A DNA stretch of 64,000 nt, taken from the NCBI GenBank assembly GCA_002418835.1, contig DIEX01000034.1, positions 225,926-289,925 on the forward strand, written 5' to 3'. Below are positions 37,275 to 46,746 of this stretch, piece after piece. Position numbers and translations under genes: made by a program. The notes under the pieces are model-generated. The model was given only the letters and a program-made list of their open reading frames with translations, did not search any database and was not told the DNA's origin. Position 1 is the stretch's first letter, and every line of letters starts with the position of its first letter. Source of the DNA: Spirochaetia bacterium UBA5763. GTDB taxonomy: Bacteria > Spirochaetota > UBA4802 > UBA5550.

Positions 37275-39098
37275 TTATTTAAGCCTGTTCAGCCTTAATA
37301 TAGCTGAATTCAGCTCCTCCATGTCAACAGGCTTGGGGAGGTATTCATCAAATCCCTCTGAAAGAAATTTTTCCCTGTCACCTGCCATTGCGAAAGCTGT
37401 AAGTGCTATGGTGCAGATCGTGCTTTTTCTGCCGAAGCGTTCTGTTTTACGTATTTCTTTAATCGCCTCGATTCCGTTCATCTCCGGCATCTGAATATCC
37501 ATAAGCACCAGGTCAAATTCCCCTTTGTCAAGGCACTGCAGCGCCTCTATGCCGTTTGCCGCCTCTGTAACGGTATGGCTCATCTTTTCAAGGAGCCTTT
37601 TTACCATGAGGCTGTTAATCCTGTCGTCCTCAACAAGCAGTATTCTTAAAGACTGAATAGCTGCCTCCTCATTCAACGGCTGTTCTGATACATCGCTCAG
37701 GTTATCTTCACACAGTTCTACTTTCATTGTGCATTTTACCTCTGTTCCTCTTTCCGGTGTACTTTCTATTTTTATCTCTCCATTCATAAGGCCAACAAGT
37801 CTTTTAACTATAGCAAGACCGAGACCTGCGCCCTGGAATTTCCGTGTATATGTATTCTCAACCTGCCTGAACGGCTCGATAATTTCAGCAAGTTTATCAC
37901 TGTCTATGCCAATCCCTGTATCTTTAACTTTAAGAACAAGGAGACCGTCCTTTGTGCCTGAATAAATAAAATCCGCATCAATGGTAACTGAGCCTTCAGA
38001 TGTAAACTTCACTGAATTTTCAGTAAGGTTCTGAATAATCTGCCTGATCCTCAATTCGTCGCCCTGGAAAACATCAGGCATCTGCTCTGAAACGGTATAG
38101 GATAACCGGATGTTTTTTCTTCCGCAGTCAGCTGAGAGAGTGCCGCTGATTGAATCGAGGAGATCTCTGATGCGGACCTCCTCTGTAATCAGGGTGAAAT
38201 GCTCTGATTCGATTTTTGTCAGATCAAGTATGTCGCTTAGAAGCCTTGTGAGCCTCTTCCCTGAGCTGATGGCCATGTCAACATATTCACGGTGTTTCTG
38301 CTCTGTCAGTGAGCTCTCTAAAATCTGGAGCAGCCCCAGTATGCCATTGAGCGGCGTCCTTACTTCGTGGCTCATGTTCGCCAGAAATATGCTCTTTGTG
38401 CGGTTCGCCTTCTCAGCAGCTTCACGCGCCTGTACCAGTTTCTCCTCGTTTAATTTCCATAGTGTGAAATCCTCAATTATTCCAATCCCGCCTGTTATAC
38501 TGCCGTCAGGTGCAGACAGCGGTGCCATCACAGCCCTGATTGGGCCTGATTTTCCGGAAATTTCAGTATTATATACATCTTCAAAATAACCGGTGTTTCC
38601 GCTCAAAACACGCTTAATCATCTGGCTCATCCTGATGTCGCGGACACTTTTCAGATCAAGCCCCAGGAGCTTCTCCCTTGACGATCCGGCGATCTTTTCA
38701 AAAGAGGTATTACATGCAGTGATGACCCCCTCATCATCAAAATGAAGTATACCCATAGGTGAGTGTTCGAATATAAGGCGGAATTTTTCCTCGCTCATCT
38801 TAAGCGCGGAGTTTTTTCTTGATAGCTGCTTTATAAGAGAGAAAAATGATATGGCTATGAATATTAAAATCAGCAGCATGGGGAGATAGAAGTGTAAACT
38901 GCTGAAATCGGCATAATTTATCATTGCTGAAGGAATTCCTGTTCCCGCATCCGCTTCCGTTGAAGAATGGACTATCTTACCCCTTATGAGAGATATAATA
39001 AAAAAAACGATTAAAAGGGGGGCATAAGCACAACAATTAACTCTTCTGACTCTTCCGGAGCCCGTAGGTCTCTGTTCATTATTACTGTATGGTTTCAT
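37275..39098 (-). CDS. Hybrid sensor histidine kinase (TM, PAS, HisKA, HATPase_c, receiver)
   Basis: H-box (SHEVRTPLNGILG), G-boxes (DTGIGI and GAGLGL) and a C-terminal receiver (ILLVEDDRINS...LMDIQMPEMNG). Confidence 0.85.
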   Translation of the reverse strand: MKPYSNNEQRPTGSGRVRRVNCCAYAPLLIVFFIISLIRGKIVHSSTEADAGTGIPSAMINYADFSSLHFYLPMLLILIFIAISFFSLIKQLSRKNSALKMSEEKFRLIFEHSPMGILHFDDEGVITACNTSFEKIAGSSREKLLGLDLKSVRDIRMSQMIKRVLSGNTGYFEDVYNTEISGKSGPIRAVMAPLSAPDGSITGGIGIIEDFTLWKLNEEKLVQAREAAEKANRTKSIFLANMSHEVRTPLNGILGLLQILESSLTEQKHREYVDMAISSGKRLTRLLSDILDLTKIESEHFTLITEEVRIRDLLDSISGTLSADCGRKNIRLSYTVSEQMPDVFQGDELRIRQIIQNLTENSVKFTSEGSVTIDADFIYSGTKDGLLVLKVKDTGIGIDSDKLAEIIEPFRQVENTYTRKFQGAGLGLAIVKRLVGLMNGEIKIESTPERGTEVKCTMKVELCEDNLSDVSEQPLNEEAAIQSLRILLVEDDRINSLMVKRLLEKMSHTVTEAANGIEALQCLDKGEFDLVLMDIQMPEMNGIEAIKEIRKTERFGRKSTICTIALTAFAMAGDREKFLSEGFDEYLPKPVDMEELNSAILRLNRLK

Positions 39099-39210
39099 TT
39101 TTTAATTTGCATGATGAATAAATTCAGATTATTTATACATCTTCAATATCGGTAATAATGACTGAAAAATGAAGAATGGATATTATAGCAAGGTTATTAT
39201 TAAGGCAGAT

Positions 39211-39645
39211 TTACAGATTGTAGTGCCCGGCAGCTTCAGGCTGATAAATTATTGATTCAATTACGTAATATTGCTCTGAACCGGAATTCTCTTTTATTAC
39301 AGTGCCTATTGTGCTCCCCAGAACCTGCAAGCCTATTCCTGAGAAAACTGAGATCTTTTTCTTCTTCGCATCTGATTCTTCAGGAAACACGAGGTGATAC
39401 TCCTCTTTTTTCCCGTTGCCGATATTTTTCAGTATAAATTTTGAATTCATGGTAACAACATTTGCTTTAATTTTCTGAGGCGGGACCTGTTTAGAACGGT
39501 GCAGCTGATTTTTAAGCAGTTCGATAAGCTTCTTTTCAGATTCGTTTGTATTATTATATTGCGCGAATGTCCGCTCAATACGTTCACAATCAAATTTTGA
39601 AAATATTTTATCGCTGCGCATATTTTTAACCTCCGGCTGAAACAA
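39211..39645 (-). CDS. GreA/GreB C-terminal-domain family protein (Rnk-like)
   Basis: The C-terminal FKBP-like Gre domain (ISVFSGIGLQVLGSTIGTVIK) has no full N-terminal coiled-coil. Confidence 0.55.
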   Translation of the reverse strand: MFQPEVKNMRSDKIFSKFDCERIERTFAQYNNTNESEKKLIELLKNQLHRSKQVPPQKIKANVVTMNSKFILKNIGNGKKEEYHLVFPEESDAKKKKISVFSGIGLQVLGSTIGTVIKENSGSEQYYVIESIIYQPEAAGHYNL

Positions 39646-39754
39646 AGAAGTAGTTTTTCTTTTTCAGAGGATAAATCTTTTGTCAAATGATAAATATAAA
39701 AATATACATAAATTCAGGTGTGTCGTTTTTTTAGTGCAGTATAAGGGGGCTCTT

Positions 39755-41419
39755 TCACCCTCCATCCAGATATTTTTTAATCTTAACGTTAATGGTATCA
39801 GGAATTTTTACCCCTAAGGTCTTAAGCCGGGTAAGGTATTTATCAAAAGATGTTGAGTGGCTTGTTGTTGTCATAAAAATTTTAAAGAATGAACGAACTG
39901 TGCCTTCAAGCTCCTTTCTGAACTCCATGTTTTTATTAAGGAGGTCCTCAATAGGGGCAATTACCCTGTAATTTACAGGTCTGCACATAGCCCTGTGAGC
40001 AACAAAACGCTGGGTAACCTCACATTCATAGTTCTCCTCTTTTATGCTTTTTTCAACAGTGTTGAGATTGATGCAGTCAATAATCTGGAAGGAGTATTTC
40101 CCCTTAAGGTATTGTTCCAGAAGTTCCATCACCCTGTTGAAGTGTATACAGTTTACACACTCCCCGCTGCACTCCTCATTAAGCCTGAGGTAGACAACCA
40201 TATCCACATCTGAACTTTCATACGAAAGCCCCATGTTAAGTGAACCCACAACATCAAAGGCGACATCAACATGATCCCTTGTGATGTTTTCCAGTATTAC
40301 CTCAAGCTCTGCCATGCGCAGTTCAGACTCTTTTGTCTGAAAACGCCTGAAAAAGTTACGAATATCAAGGAACAGCTCAATTTCAGGTATGTGGGAATAT
40401 TTTTCAGTGTGCGTGTCGTAGTTTTCCATTATTAAAAGTGCGTCAAATCTCTCCCTGTCTATAATCTCTTCAGTGTAAACGCCATCTTTGCAGATATATT
40501 CAGCAACAGGGAATATACTGTTTGATACGAACTTCTTCATCTGAACACGGCTTACATCTTTCCCGTTCATGATAATCTCATGGAAAAATCCACCTTCAGA
40601 AACATCACCCTTTGCAGTTGTAACCTCTCCGAAATTTGAGGGATTAAGATAAACCGTATTTTCAGTGAAATTGAATCCCCAGTCTTCATGTATATGCCCT
40701 GTGAGGCATAGTTTAACTTTGCTGCTGTCGCAATATGTCCGCAGAGCTGGTGAGCCTGAAGGCCCTTTCCATGAAAGCCTGTCATGTATACCGTGGGCCG
40801 GCTGGTGAGTGATTATTATATCAGGGCGTACAGCTTTGAAGAAGGTGTACATTTCATTATTCTTATCCGGTATATTTATCCCTGCCTTGTAGCGCACAAT
40901 GTAACGCTCAGGTATACCGGCTGACCATGTTTCAGCTCCTCCGTATCCTGCGAATCTGACGCCGTCAATTTCATGCCACTGCAGGTGGAGGTCCCTTTCG
41001 TGAAGAGCGGTGTACCGCAGGTTCATGTCGTAGTTCCCCGGGAGCACGAATATCTCTGAGTTGCTTTTGATGGAGAGGATATTTTCCAGTACTTTGTATT
41101 TCTGCTGCATTACTCTCCGCGCCCTTATTGTGGCCTGCTGGTACTCGTAGCCTTTTTCCATGATTTCAGAGGGAGTTGTAGGGTCGTCAAGGAGTGAATC
41201 CACAAAGTCTTCAAGTATTTCATCAGTCTTATCCATCTTCCGCCTGAATCCATTGAAGAATGTCTGAAGCTCGTGGTAATTGATAGCTGTATCAAGGCTG
41301 TAGAATGGGATGTCGATGAGGTCGCCTGCTATTATGTAAACGTCGGCAACGGTTTCAAGAAAGAGTTCATAAATTCTCGTGAAAGCTCCATGCACATCAG
41401 TAAGATAGATAATTTTCAT
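39755..41419 (-). CDS. Fusion protein: N-terminal calcineurin-like metallophosphoesterase plus C-terminal Pol-beta-superfamily nucleotidyltransferase domain
   Basis: Metallophosphoesterase motifs (DVHG, GDLID, GNYD, GHIHED) are followed by the nucleotidyltransferase signature GS-x10-DVD (VVGSLNMGLSYESSDVDMVVYL) and a ~150 aa helical tail. The start was chosen at MKIIYLTDVHG (ATGA overlap with the upstream gene). Confidence 0.6.
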   Translation of the reverse strand: MKIIYLTDVHGAFTRIYELFLETVADVYIIAGDLIDIPFYSLDTAINYHELQTFFNGFRRKMDKTDEILEDFVDSLLDDPTTPSEIMEKGYEYQQATIRARRVMQQKYKVLENILSIKSNSEIFVLPGNYDMNLRYTALHERDLHLQWHEIDGVRFAGYGGAETWSAGIPERYIVRYKAGINIPDKNNEMYTFFKAVRPDIIITHQPAHGIHDRLSWKGPSGSPALRTYCDSSKVKLCLTGHIHEDWGFNFTENTVYLNPSNFGEVTTAKGDVSEGGFFHEIIMNGKDVSRVQMKKFVSNSIFPVAEYICKDGVYTEEIIDRERFDALLIMENYDTHTEKYSHIPEIELFLDIRNFFRRFQTKESELRMAELEVILENITRDHVDVAFDVVGSLNMGLSYESSDVDMVVYLRLNEECSGECVNCIHFNRVMELLEQYLKGKYSFQIIDCINLNTVEKSIKEENYECEVTQRFVAHRAMCRPVNYRVIAPIEDLLNKNMEFRKELEGTVRSFFKIFMTTTSHSTSFDKYLTRLKTLGVKIPDTINVKIKKYLDGG

Positions 41420-41844
41420 GGAGCAAGGTAACCGGTAATTATAAAGATGTATACCCCCGCAAGCATACCCTGCAGTGTACCCCATGCAATATCCAGTACA
41501 GTAATGAACCTGGGCCAGTACCTGATAAATGACTGAGCGGTAAGGTTATGTGAAGAGGCAAGTGCGAAACCTGCAATCCCCCCTGCGGATACAGACCACG
41601 CTATTCTCCCCCCTTCGAGTACTGACAGGTATATAGCGGCAGTAATAGCAAATGAAATAATAACCCGGGAGAAGATTATAGGGCCTTTTTTATAAACGAT
41701 TCCACCGTTTTTTGTATCATTCATCAGGGCCAGATGATGGAAATACAGCTTCTTTGCGATAAATCTGAACCATATATGGTCAAGTGAAAGGTAAATAACG
41801 GCGGTTATAGCAGCAGTTTTAAAATAAAGAATAAGAAGTTCCAT
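41416..41844 (-). CDS. Small polytopic membrane protein (hypothetical), coupled to the phosphoesterase-nucleotidyltransferase gene
   Basis: The 142 aa product has four predicted hydrophobic helices and a 4 nt overlap with the downstream gene. Confidence 0.45.
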   Translation of the reverse strand: MELLILYFKTAAITAVIYLSLDHIWFRFIAKKLYFHHLALMNDTKNGGIVYKKGPIIFSRVIISFAITAAIYLSVLEGGRIAWSVSAGGIAGFALASSHNLTAQSFIRYWPRFITVLDIAWGTLQGMLAGVYIFIITGYLAP

Positions 41845-42303
41845 TTTTCACCACCCGGATTTGATATCATGATTATACCGTTACCGGTTAAAATTGCAAA
41901 TAAAATAAATGGCGTTTCAGGATCAAATTATCCTGACCTGTAGTTTTACTGCTGCCGGCGGCACATATATCAGTATGGAGTTTTTTGCAAAAAAATATAG
42001 TAAAAACAGCATTTTTTCGTTCATCTCATACTTTAGTACGATTTACAACTGCTCCATAATCATGTAATGTTTATACAGAAAGAAAATCATGAAACTGATA
42101 CAAAAATGAATGGTTGCTCTTCAGAACTTGATTTTAACCGTTTTTAACTGAATCTCACCCGATGGGGAGATATCTGAAGAGTAATTTATCCGGGACAGAT
42201 GCCGGGGTGTATTTGCCGGGATAGAGAGGAAGCATGGCTGCAAAGAGCATATTGCGGAGAGAATATAAATAAAACAATCTCTGCCGCATGATTTTTTTTG
42301 AGG

Positions 42304-42336
42304 AAGCTGATATAGATTATATCAGCTTTTTTTTTT
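42304..42336 (+). terminator. Strong plus-strand intrinsic terminator (AAGCTGATATA-GAT-TATATCAGCTT followed by T9) with no annotated upstream gene
   Basis: An 11 bp perfect stem followed by nine T residues on the plus strand. On the minus strand the stem is followed by A residues only. The nearest upstream plus-strand ORF of 60 aa or more is absent, which suggests an unannotated sRNA or small ORF in 41.9-42.3 kb. Confidence 0.55.
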
Positions 42337-42347
42337 GTGCGGATGAT

Positions 42348-43694
42348 TTATATCCCCAGTATTTTTCTACCCTGGGTTTTCAGTATGTAGAAAGTGATTA
42401 TTATTGAAAAGAAATCTGCAACAGGTATTGCGGCCCACACTCCTGCAAGCCCGAAAATAGGGGGGAGTATAATGAGCGCGGGAATGAGAAATATCACCTG
42501 TCTTGACAGTGTAAGTATTACAGAGATCTTCGCTCTCCCTATTGACTGGAAGAAATTTGATGTAACCATCTGGAATCCAACCAGCGGGAAGAATATCATC
42601 ACAATCCTCATTCCTGTAACAGAGAGGTCAACCAGTTCGCTGTTGTTTGTGAAGGCAAGTGAAATCTGACGCGGAAGGAACTCGCCCATTATAAAGCCTG
42701 CTGTTGAAATATAAGTAGCAGTAATAACTGTGTACCTGAAAACTGTCCTCACCCTGTCATACTGTACTGCGCCGAAGTTATACCCCGCGATGGGCTGCAT
42801 CCCCTGGGTTAAACCGAGTATCACCATGAGGACAAACATCAGCACTGAATTGATGATACCATAGGCGCCCACTGCATAGTCACCGCCGTGTTTAACAAGC
42901 TGAAGGTTCATTATGATTATAATGAGGCACGCGCATACATTAATCACAAAGGGTGACATCCCTATGGAAAAAATGCTGCGGATAATATCTATACGGAGTT
43001 TGAAATGCCCTTTCATAAAGTGCAGAAAGCTGTTTTTACTCATGAAGTGCATGACGGTAATTATAAATCCTGCGAACTGAGCTATCACTGTTGCAAAAGC
43101 TGCTCCTCTTATACCCCATTTAAATACAAATATAAATATCGGGGCAAGAATAAGGTTGATACCCACTGTCGTAAGAGTTGTAATCATAGCCCTGTGAGGA
43201 TAGCCTGATGACCGCATAATATTGTTAAGTCCCATGTATAAATGGAGAAACAGATTTCCCAGCAGTATTATCTGCATGAACTCTTTCGCGTAGGGCATGG
43301 TCAGTTCACTTGCGCCGAACAGGTAGAGTATATCTTCAAGAAATACAAGTGTAATCACAGTATAAGCCGAACTGAGGATCAGGTTGAGCATAACAGTATT
43401 GCCCAGTATGTAGGATGCCTCTTCAGCGCGTTTCTCACCTAAGCGAATCGACACAAGAGTCGCGGCTCCAGCTCCAATAAGCGCTCCTATTGCCACACCT
43501 AAGTTCATGAAGGGGAGAGTAAGAGCAAGCCCAGATATGGCAAGTGCGCCCACACCCTGACCGATGAATATCCTGTCTATTATATTATAAAGAGATGAAG
43601 CTGTCATTGCCACAATGGCTGGGAGTGAATATTCAAGGAGAAGCTTCCCTATATTTTCGTGGCCCAGAGTGTGCGGAGATTTTTTTTGATTCAT
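42348..43694 (-). CDS. MATE-family multidrug/oligosaccharidyl-lipid efflux transporter
   Basis: A twelve-TM profile and an N-terminus (LLEYSLPAIVAMTASSLYNIIDRIFIGQGVG) typical of NorM/DinF MATE proteins. Confidence 0.8.
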   Translation of the reverse strand: MNQKKSPHTLGHENIGKLLLEYSLPAIVAMTASSLYNIIDRIFIGQGVGALAISGLALTLPFMNLGVAIGALIGAGAATLVSIRLGEKRAEEASYILGNTVMLNLILSSAYTVITLVFLEDILYLFGASELTMPYAKEFMQIILLGNLFLHLYMGLNNIMRSSGYPHRAMITTLTTVGINLILAPIFIFVFKWGIRGAAFATVIAQFAGFIITVMHFMSKNSFLHFMKGHFKLRIDIIRSIFSIGMSPFVINVCACLIIIIMNLQLVKHGGDYAVGAYGIINSVLMFVLMVILGLTQGMQPIAGYNFGAVQYDRVRTVFRYTVITATYISTAGFIMGEFLPRQISLAFTNNSELVDLSVTGMRIVMIFFPLVGFQMVTSNFFQSIGRAKISVILTLSRQVIFLIPALIILPPIFGLAGVWAAIPVADFFSIIITFYILKTQGRKILGI

Positions 43695-43872
43695 TAAATT
43701 ACCTTTTCGTGACAAGAATTGTAGAGGGATTGCTTTGAGCAAACATTTTTTGATTTAACAGGTAAAATAATCGTAAAATGATTTACATGAAAATTGATAG
43801 AGAGTGTTTTTTATTCTAATTTGAAATTGACTTGTAATAGTTCACTTTCGTTTTGACTGGAAGGAGTAAGAG

Positions 43873-44637
43873 CTATTGTAAAATCCTGCTCATTATTCTT
43901 TCCACCCTCTCTTTCAGTTTGTCATAGTGGCTTCCGCTCCAGTAGATTCTTCCACATGAAGGGCAGAGGTTATATTCAGTACACCATTCCAGAACTCCGG
44001 CGGGAATTCTGTATTTTAAAGATTCAAATTCCGCTGAACCGGCAGGAAGAGCCTTTAAAAGTCCGTTGCACTGGATACACCGTGTAAACGGGGAAATTAG
44101 TGACTTTAGCTGGAGCCTCTCTATTACTTCAATGATCTGCAAATCAGGATTGCGGCTTCGGATGATTATTCCGCGTGAAACTATTTTTCTCATAAGGAGC
44201 TGCCTGTCGCATGTGAGCAGTATCCTGTTGTCTTTTTCTGATATATCAGCGAGGAGCTCATCATCACGACTGTCTTCATAGTCAACATCAAAGCCCAAAA
44301 GCCGCATATTCCGGGCGAGTTTGCGAAGATGAACATCGAGGACAAACTTTGTATTGCGGAGAGGCGAGGGGCGGAGCCCGGAGACTCCTGATATATCCAT
44401 TGACTCAAATACAGGATAGACACTGATCCTGTCTCTGTCAGCAACAATATAATTAAAGTCGACAGAGAGCCCGTTTACGAGAATCATGTCAACCTCGACG
44501 TGGGGAACGCCCATGCTCTCAATGAGATCTTTTATTGATCGCTGTCCCCGGAAGGAAAAAGATATGTCTTTTTTCCTCTTGTCAGGAGAGAGAAAATCGT
44601 TCAGTTCTTCATAATAGCGTATTGTTATACTATACAT
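43873..44637 (-). CDS. Mut7-C RNase domain protein with an N-terminal ubiquitin-like (MoaD/ThiS-like) domain and a C-terminal zinc ribbon
   Basis: A DUF82/Mut7-C-type core (LLTCDRQLL...) and a terminal CxxCN...CxxC zinc ribbon (CIQCNG...CPSCGRIYW). Confidence 0.55.
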   Translation of the reverse strand: MYSITIRYYEELNDFLSPDKRKKDISFSFRGQRSIKDLIESMGVPHVEVDMILVNGLSVDFNYIVADRDRISVYPVFESMDISGVSGLRPSPLRNTKFVLDVHLRKLARNMRLLGFDVDYEDSRDDELLADISEKDNRILLTCDRQLLMRKIVSRGIIIRSRNPDLQIIEVIERLQLKSLISPFTRCIQCNGLLKALPAGSAEFESLKYRIPAGVLEWCTEYNLCPSCGRIYWSGSHYDKLKERVERIMSRILQ

Positions 44638-44819
44638 GTTTCAGCAACACCGTCTTCAATTATTATAACAACATGTATTATTCCGGGCAAACTAATTATC
44701 AGTTCCATTATTTTATTGAATCCGGTATTTTATTGCAACTTTTCAGGTAATAAAATGTTAAATGAATTGAGCATGTGGATTATCAGAATCCGTTAAAATA
44801 AAATTCGATCGAGGCTGTT

Positions 44820-45734
44820 ATGCTGAGTTTTCTCCCCGGTAAAATGCGAGGATATCTTTTATTACTTCTATTCACAATCAGTACTATCTTCTGGGTAACA
44901 TTGCTTCTTTCTGTTTCGATGTTACGGATAATTATACCGCTGAAATTCTGGTACAGGTTTACATCACGGGTATCCATAATGATTGCCAACAGCTGGATTA
45001 CATGTAATAATATCGGATTAAGGTTAATGCATAAAATTGAATGGGATGTCCGCTGCAACGGTGAGCTGAAGATGGATGAATGGTATCTTGTAGTGTCAAA
45101 CCATCAGTCCTGGGTTGACATTGTTGTGCTCCAGAAAGTGCTTCTGAAAAAAATTCCGTTTCTCAAATTCTTTCTGAAGAAAGAGCTTATATGGGTTCCT
45201 GTGCTTGGCCCGGCATGGTGGAGTCTTGAATTCCCCTTTATGAAGAGATACCCTAAGGATCTGCTTGAGAAAAAACCTCACCTTAAAGGTAAAGATATTG
45301 AGGCTACACGTAAAGCATGTGAAAAGTATAAAACTATGCCTGTTTCTATAATGAATTTCATGGAGGGAACAAGGTTTACACCGGAAAAGCACAAAGCCCA
45401 GAATTCTCCATATAAAAATCTTTTAAAGCCTAAAGCGGGTGGGATTTCTTTAGTGATGAACAGTATGGGGGAACTGCTGAATAAAATTGCTGATGTAACG
45501 ATCTACTATCCGGAAGGGCCCGGAACGTTCTGGGATTTATTATGCGGCAATGTAAAAAAGATCGTTGTTAACATCGATATAATTCCGGTAACAGATGAGA
45601 TACGCGGGGATTATGTAAATGATGAGCTTTTTATAAGGAGATTCCATGAGTGGCTCAACGATTTCTGGAAAAAGAAGGATGATTTTATTGAGAATGAATT
45701 TAAAGGGAATAGAGTGAAGTCTCATATAGCATGA
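44820..45734 (+). CDS. Lysophospholipid acyltransferase (PlsC/LPLAT family)
   Basis: HxxxxD acyltransferase motif (VSNHQSWVDIVVL) and a downstream FMEGTR motif. Confidence 0.75.
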   Translation: MLSFLPGKMRGYLLLLLFTISTIFWVTLLLSVSMLRIIIPLKFWYRFTSRVSIMIANSWITCNNIGLRLMHKIEWDVRCNGELKMDEWYLVVSNHQSWVDIVVLQKVLLKKIPFLKFFLKKELIWVPVLGPAWWSLEFPFMKRYPKDLLEKKPHLKGKDIEATRKACEKYKTMPVSIMNFMEGTRFTPEKHKAQNSPYKNLLKPKAGGISLVMNSMGELLNKIADVTIYYPEGPGTFWDLLCGNVKKIVVNIDIIPVTDEIRGDYVNDELFIRRFHEWLNDFWKKKDDFIENEFKGNRVKSHIA

Positions 45735-45868
45735 AGCTGCCTGTAAAAGCGGCAGTCATTATATTTTTAAAAAAATGAATTTACATCTGGAAAAGTGATC
45801 AGAATTTATATATTTTTAATATAAAATAAATTTAATATAATATTATGAGTAACCAGAGGTAAATTATT

Positions 45869-46348
45869 ATGCGCAATAATAGCGGCGTCAGTATAAATAA
45901 TGTTATAGCAGTTTTTGCTGTTTCATTCCTTCTCATTTTTTCTGTTTACGGCTGCAAGACAACTGAAGTTAAAAAAGGGGGACTTCAGATATGTGATACT
46001 GACATCAAATCGAAATGTTCCGGTGAGTGTATTGACGGATTTGAACCACGGTATTATTTCGATTCAAGAAATATTCAGTCAGTAAAAGATGAGGCTGACA
46101 GGAGGATTGCTTTTCTGAAAAAACAGGGACTTGGGGATCTTGATGATTACCCGGAAATACTTAACAGTGAAAAGAAAAATGCTTCTTTCGCGACCTATTT
46201 CCCTCCTGAGTGTACAGGGTGCAAGTCTAAGTTTATGCTTAAAGGGAGCGAAGTGAAATGTGAGGATTTTTATCACTATATTGAAACTCTTAATGAGCGC
46301 TGCGGCGGCTGCGTTGAGATTGTACCCGATAAGTTTAAGAAAAACTGA
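45869..46348 (+). CDS. Cys-rich lipoprotein (hypothetical)
   Basis: Lipobox (VYGCKT) and ten Cys in 159 aa. Confidence 0.4.
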   Translation: MRNNSGVSINNVIAVFAVSFLLIFSVYGCKTTEVKKGGLQICDTDIKSKCSGECIDGFEPRYYFDSRNIQSVKDEADRRIAFLKKQGLGDLDDYPEILNSEKKNASFATYFPPECTGCKSKFMLKGSEVKCEDFYHYIETLNERCGGCVEIVPDKFKKN

Positions 46349-46746
46349 TATCCGACCCTTTTTCGTCCCCGGGCGGCAGAGGAAATTGTCCCTGCCGCCA
46401 CATAGCCCTTCATATATCATCAGTATACTTCAGGATTCTTTCAAATTGCGGTAGAGTAAAGCAGTCATACTGCCGTATCTGTTCCCGCTCCAATAATTTA
46501 AATCGCAGCAGAGATGAAAAGTTTAAGCTGAATTATAGCATTTCACGAAATAATCAGGGCCTCGTCATTCCGGCCGTAGTGACAACGAAGTATTACTACG
46601 GGATTCCCGCCTGCGCGGGAATGACAGAAAGAGAACTAATTCAATTGTTAACCGCTATAATTAATTTTTTCGGCATAAGATTTCATGGATTCCGGAAAGA
46701 AAATAAATTAACTTATTGGTAGGCTAAACAGGAGAAGATAGTTTAA

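Noticed and set aside
39755-41419. Considered annotating the C-terminal nucleotidyltransferase domain as a CBASS cGAS/DncV-like cyclase.
   Set aside because: Only about 190 aa follow the start of the GS...DxD motif, which is too short for a full CD-NTase fold. No CBASS effector or Cap genes are nearby. It is kept as a generic Pol-beta-superfamily nucleotidyltransferase.
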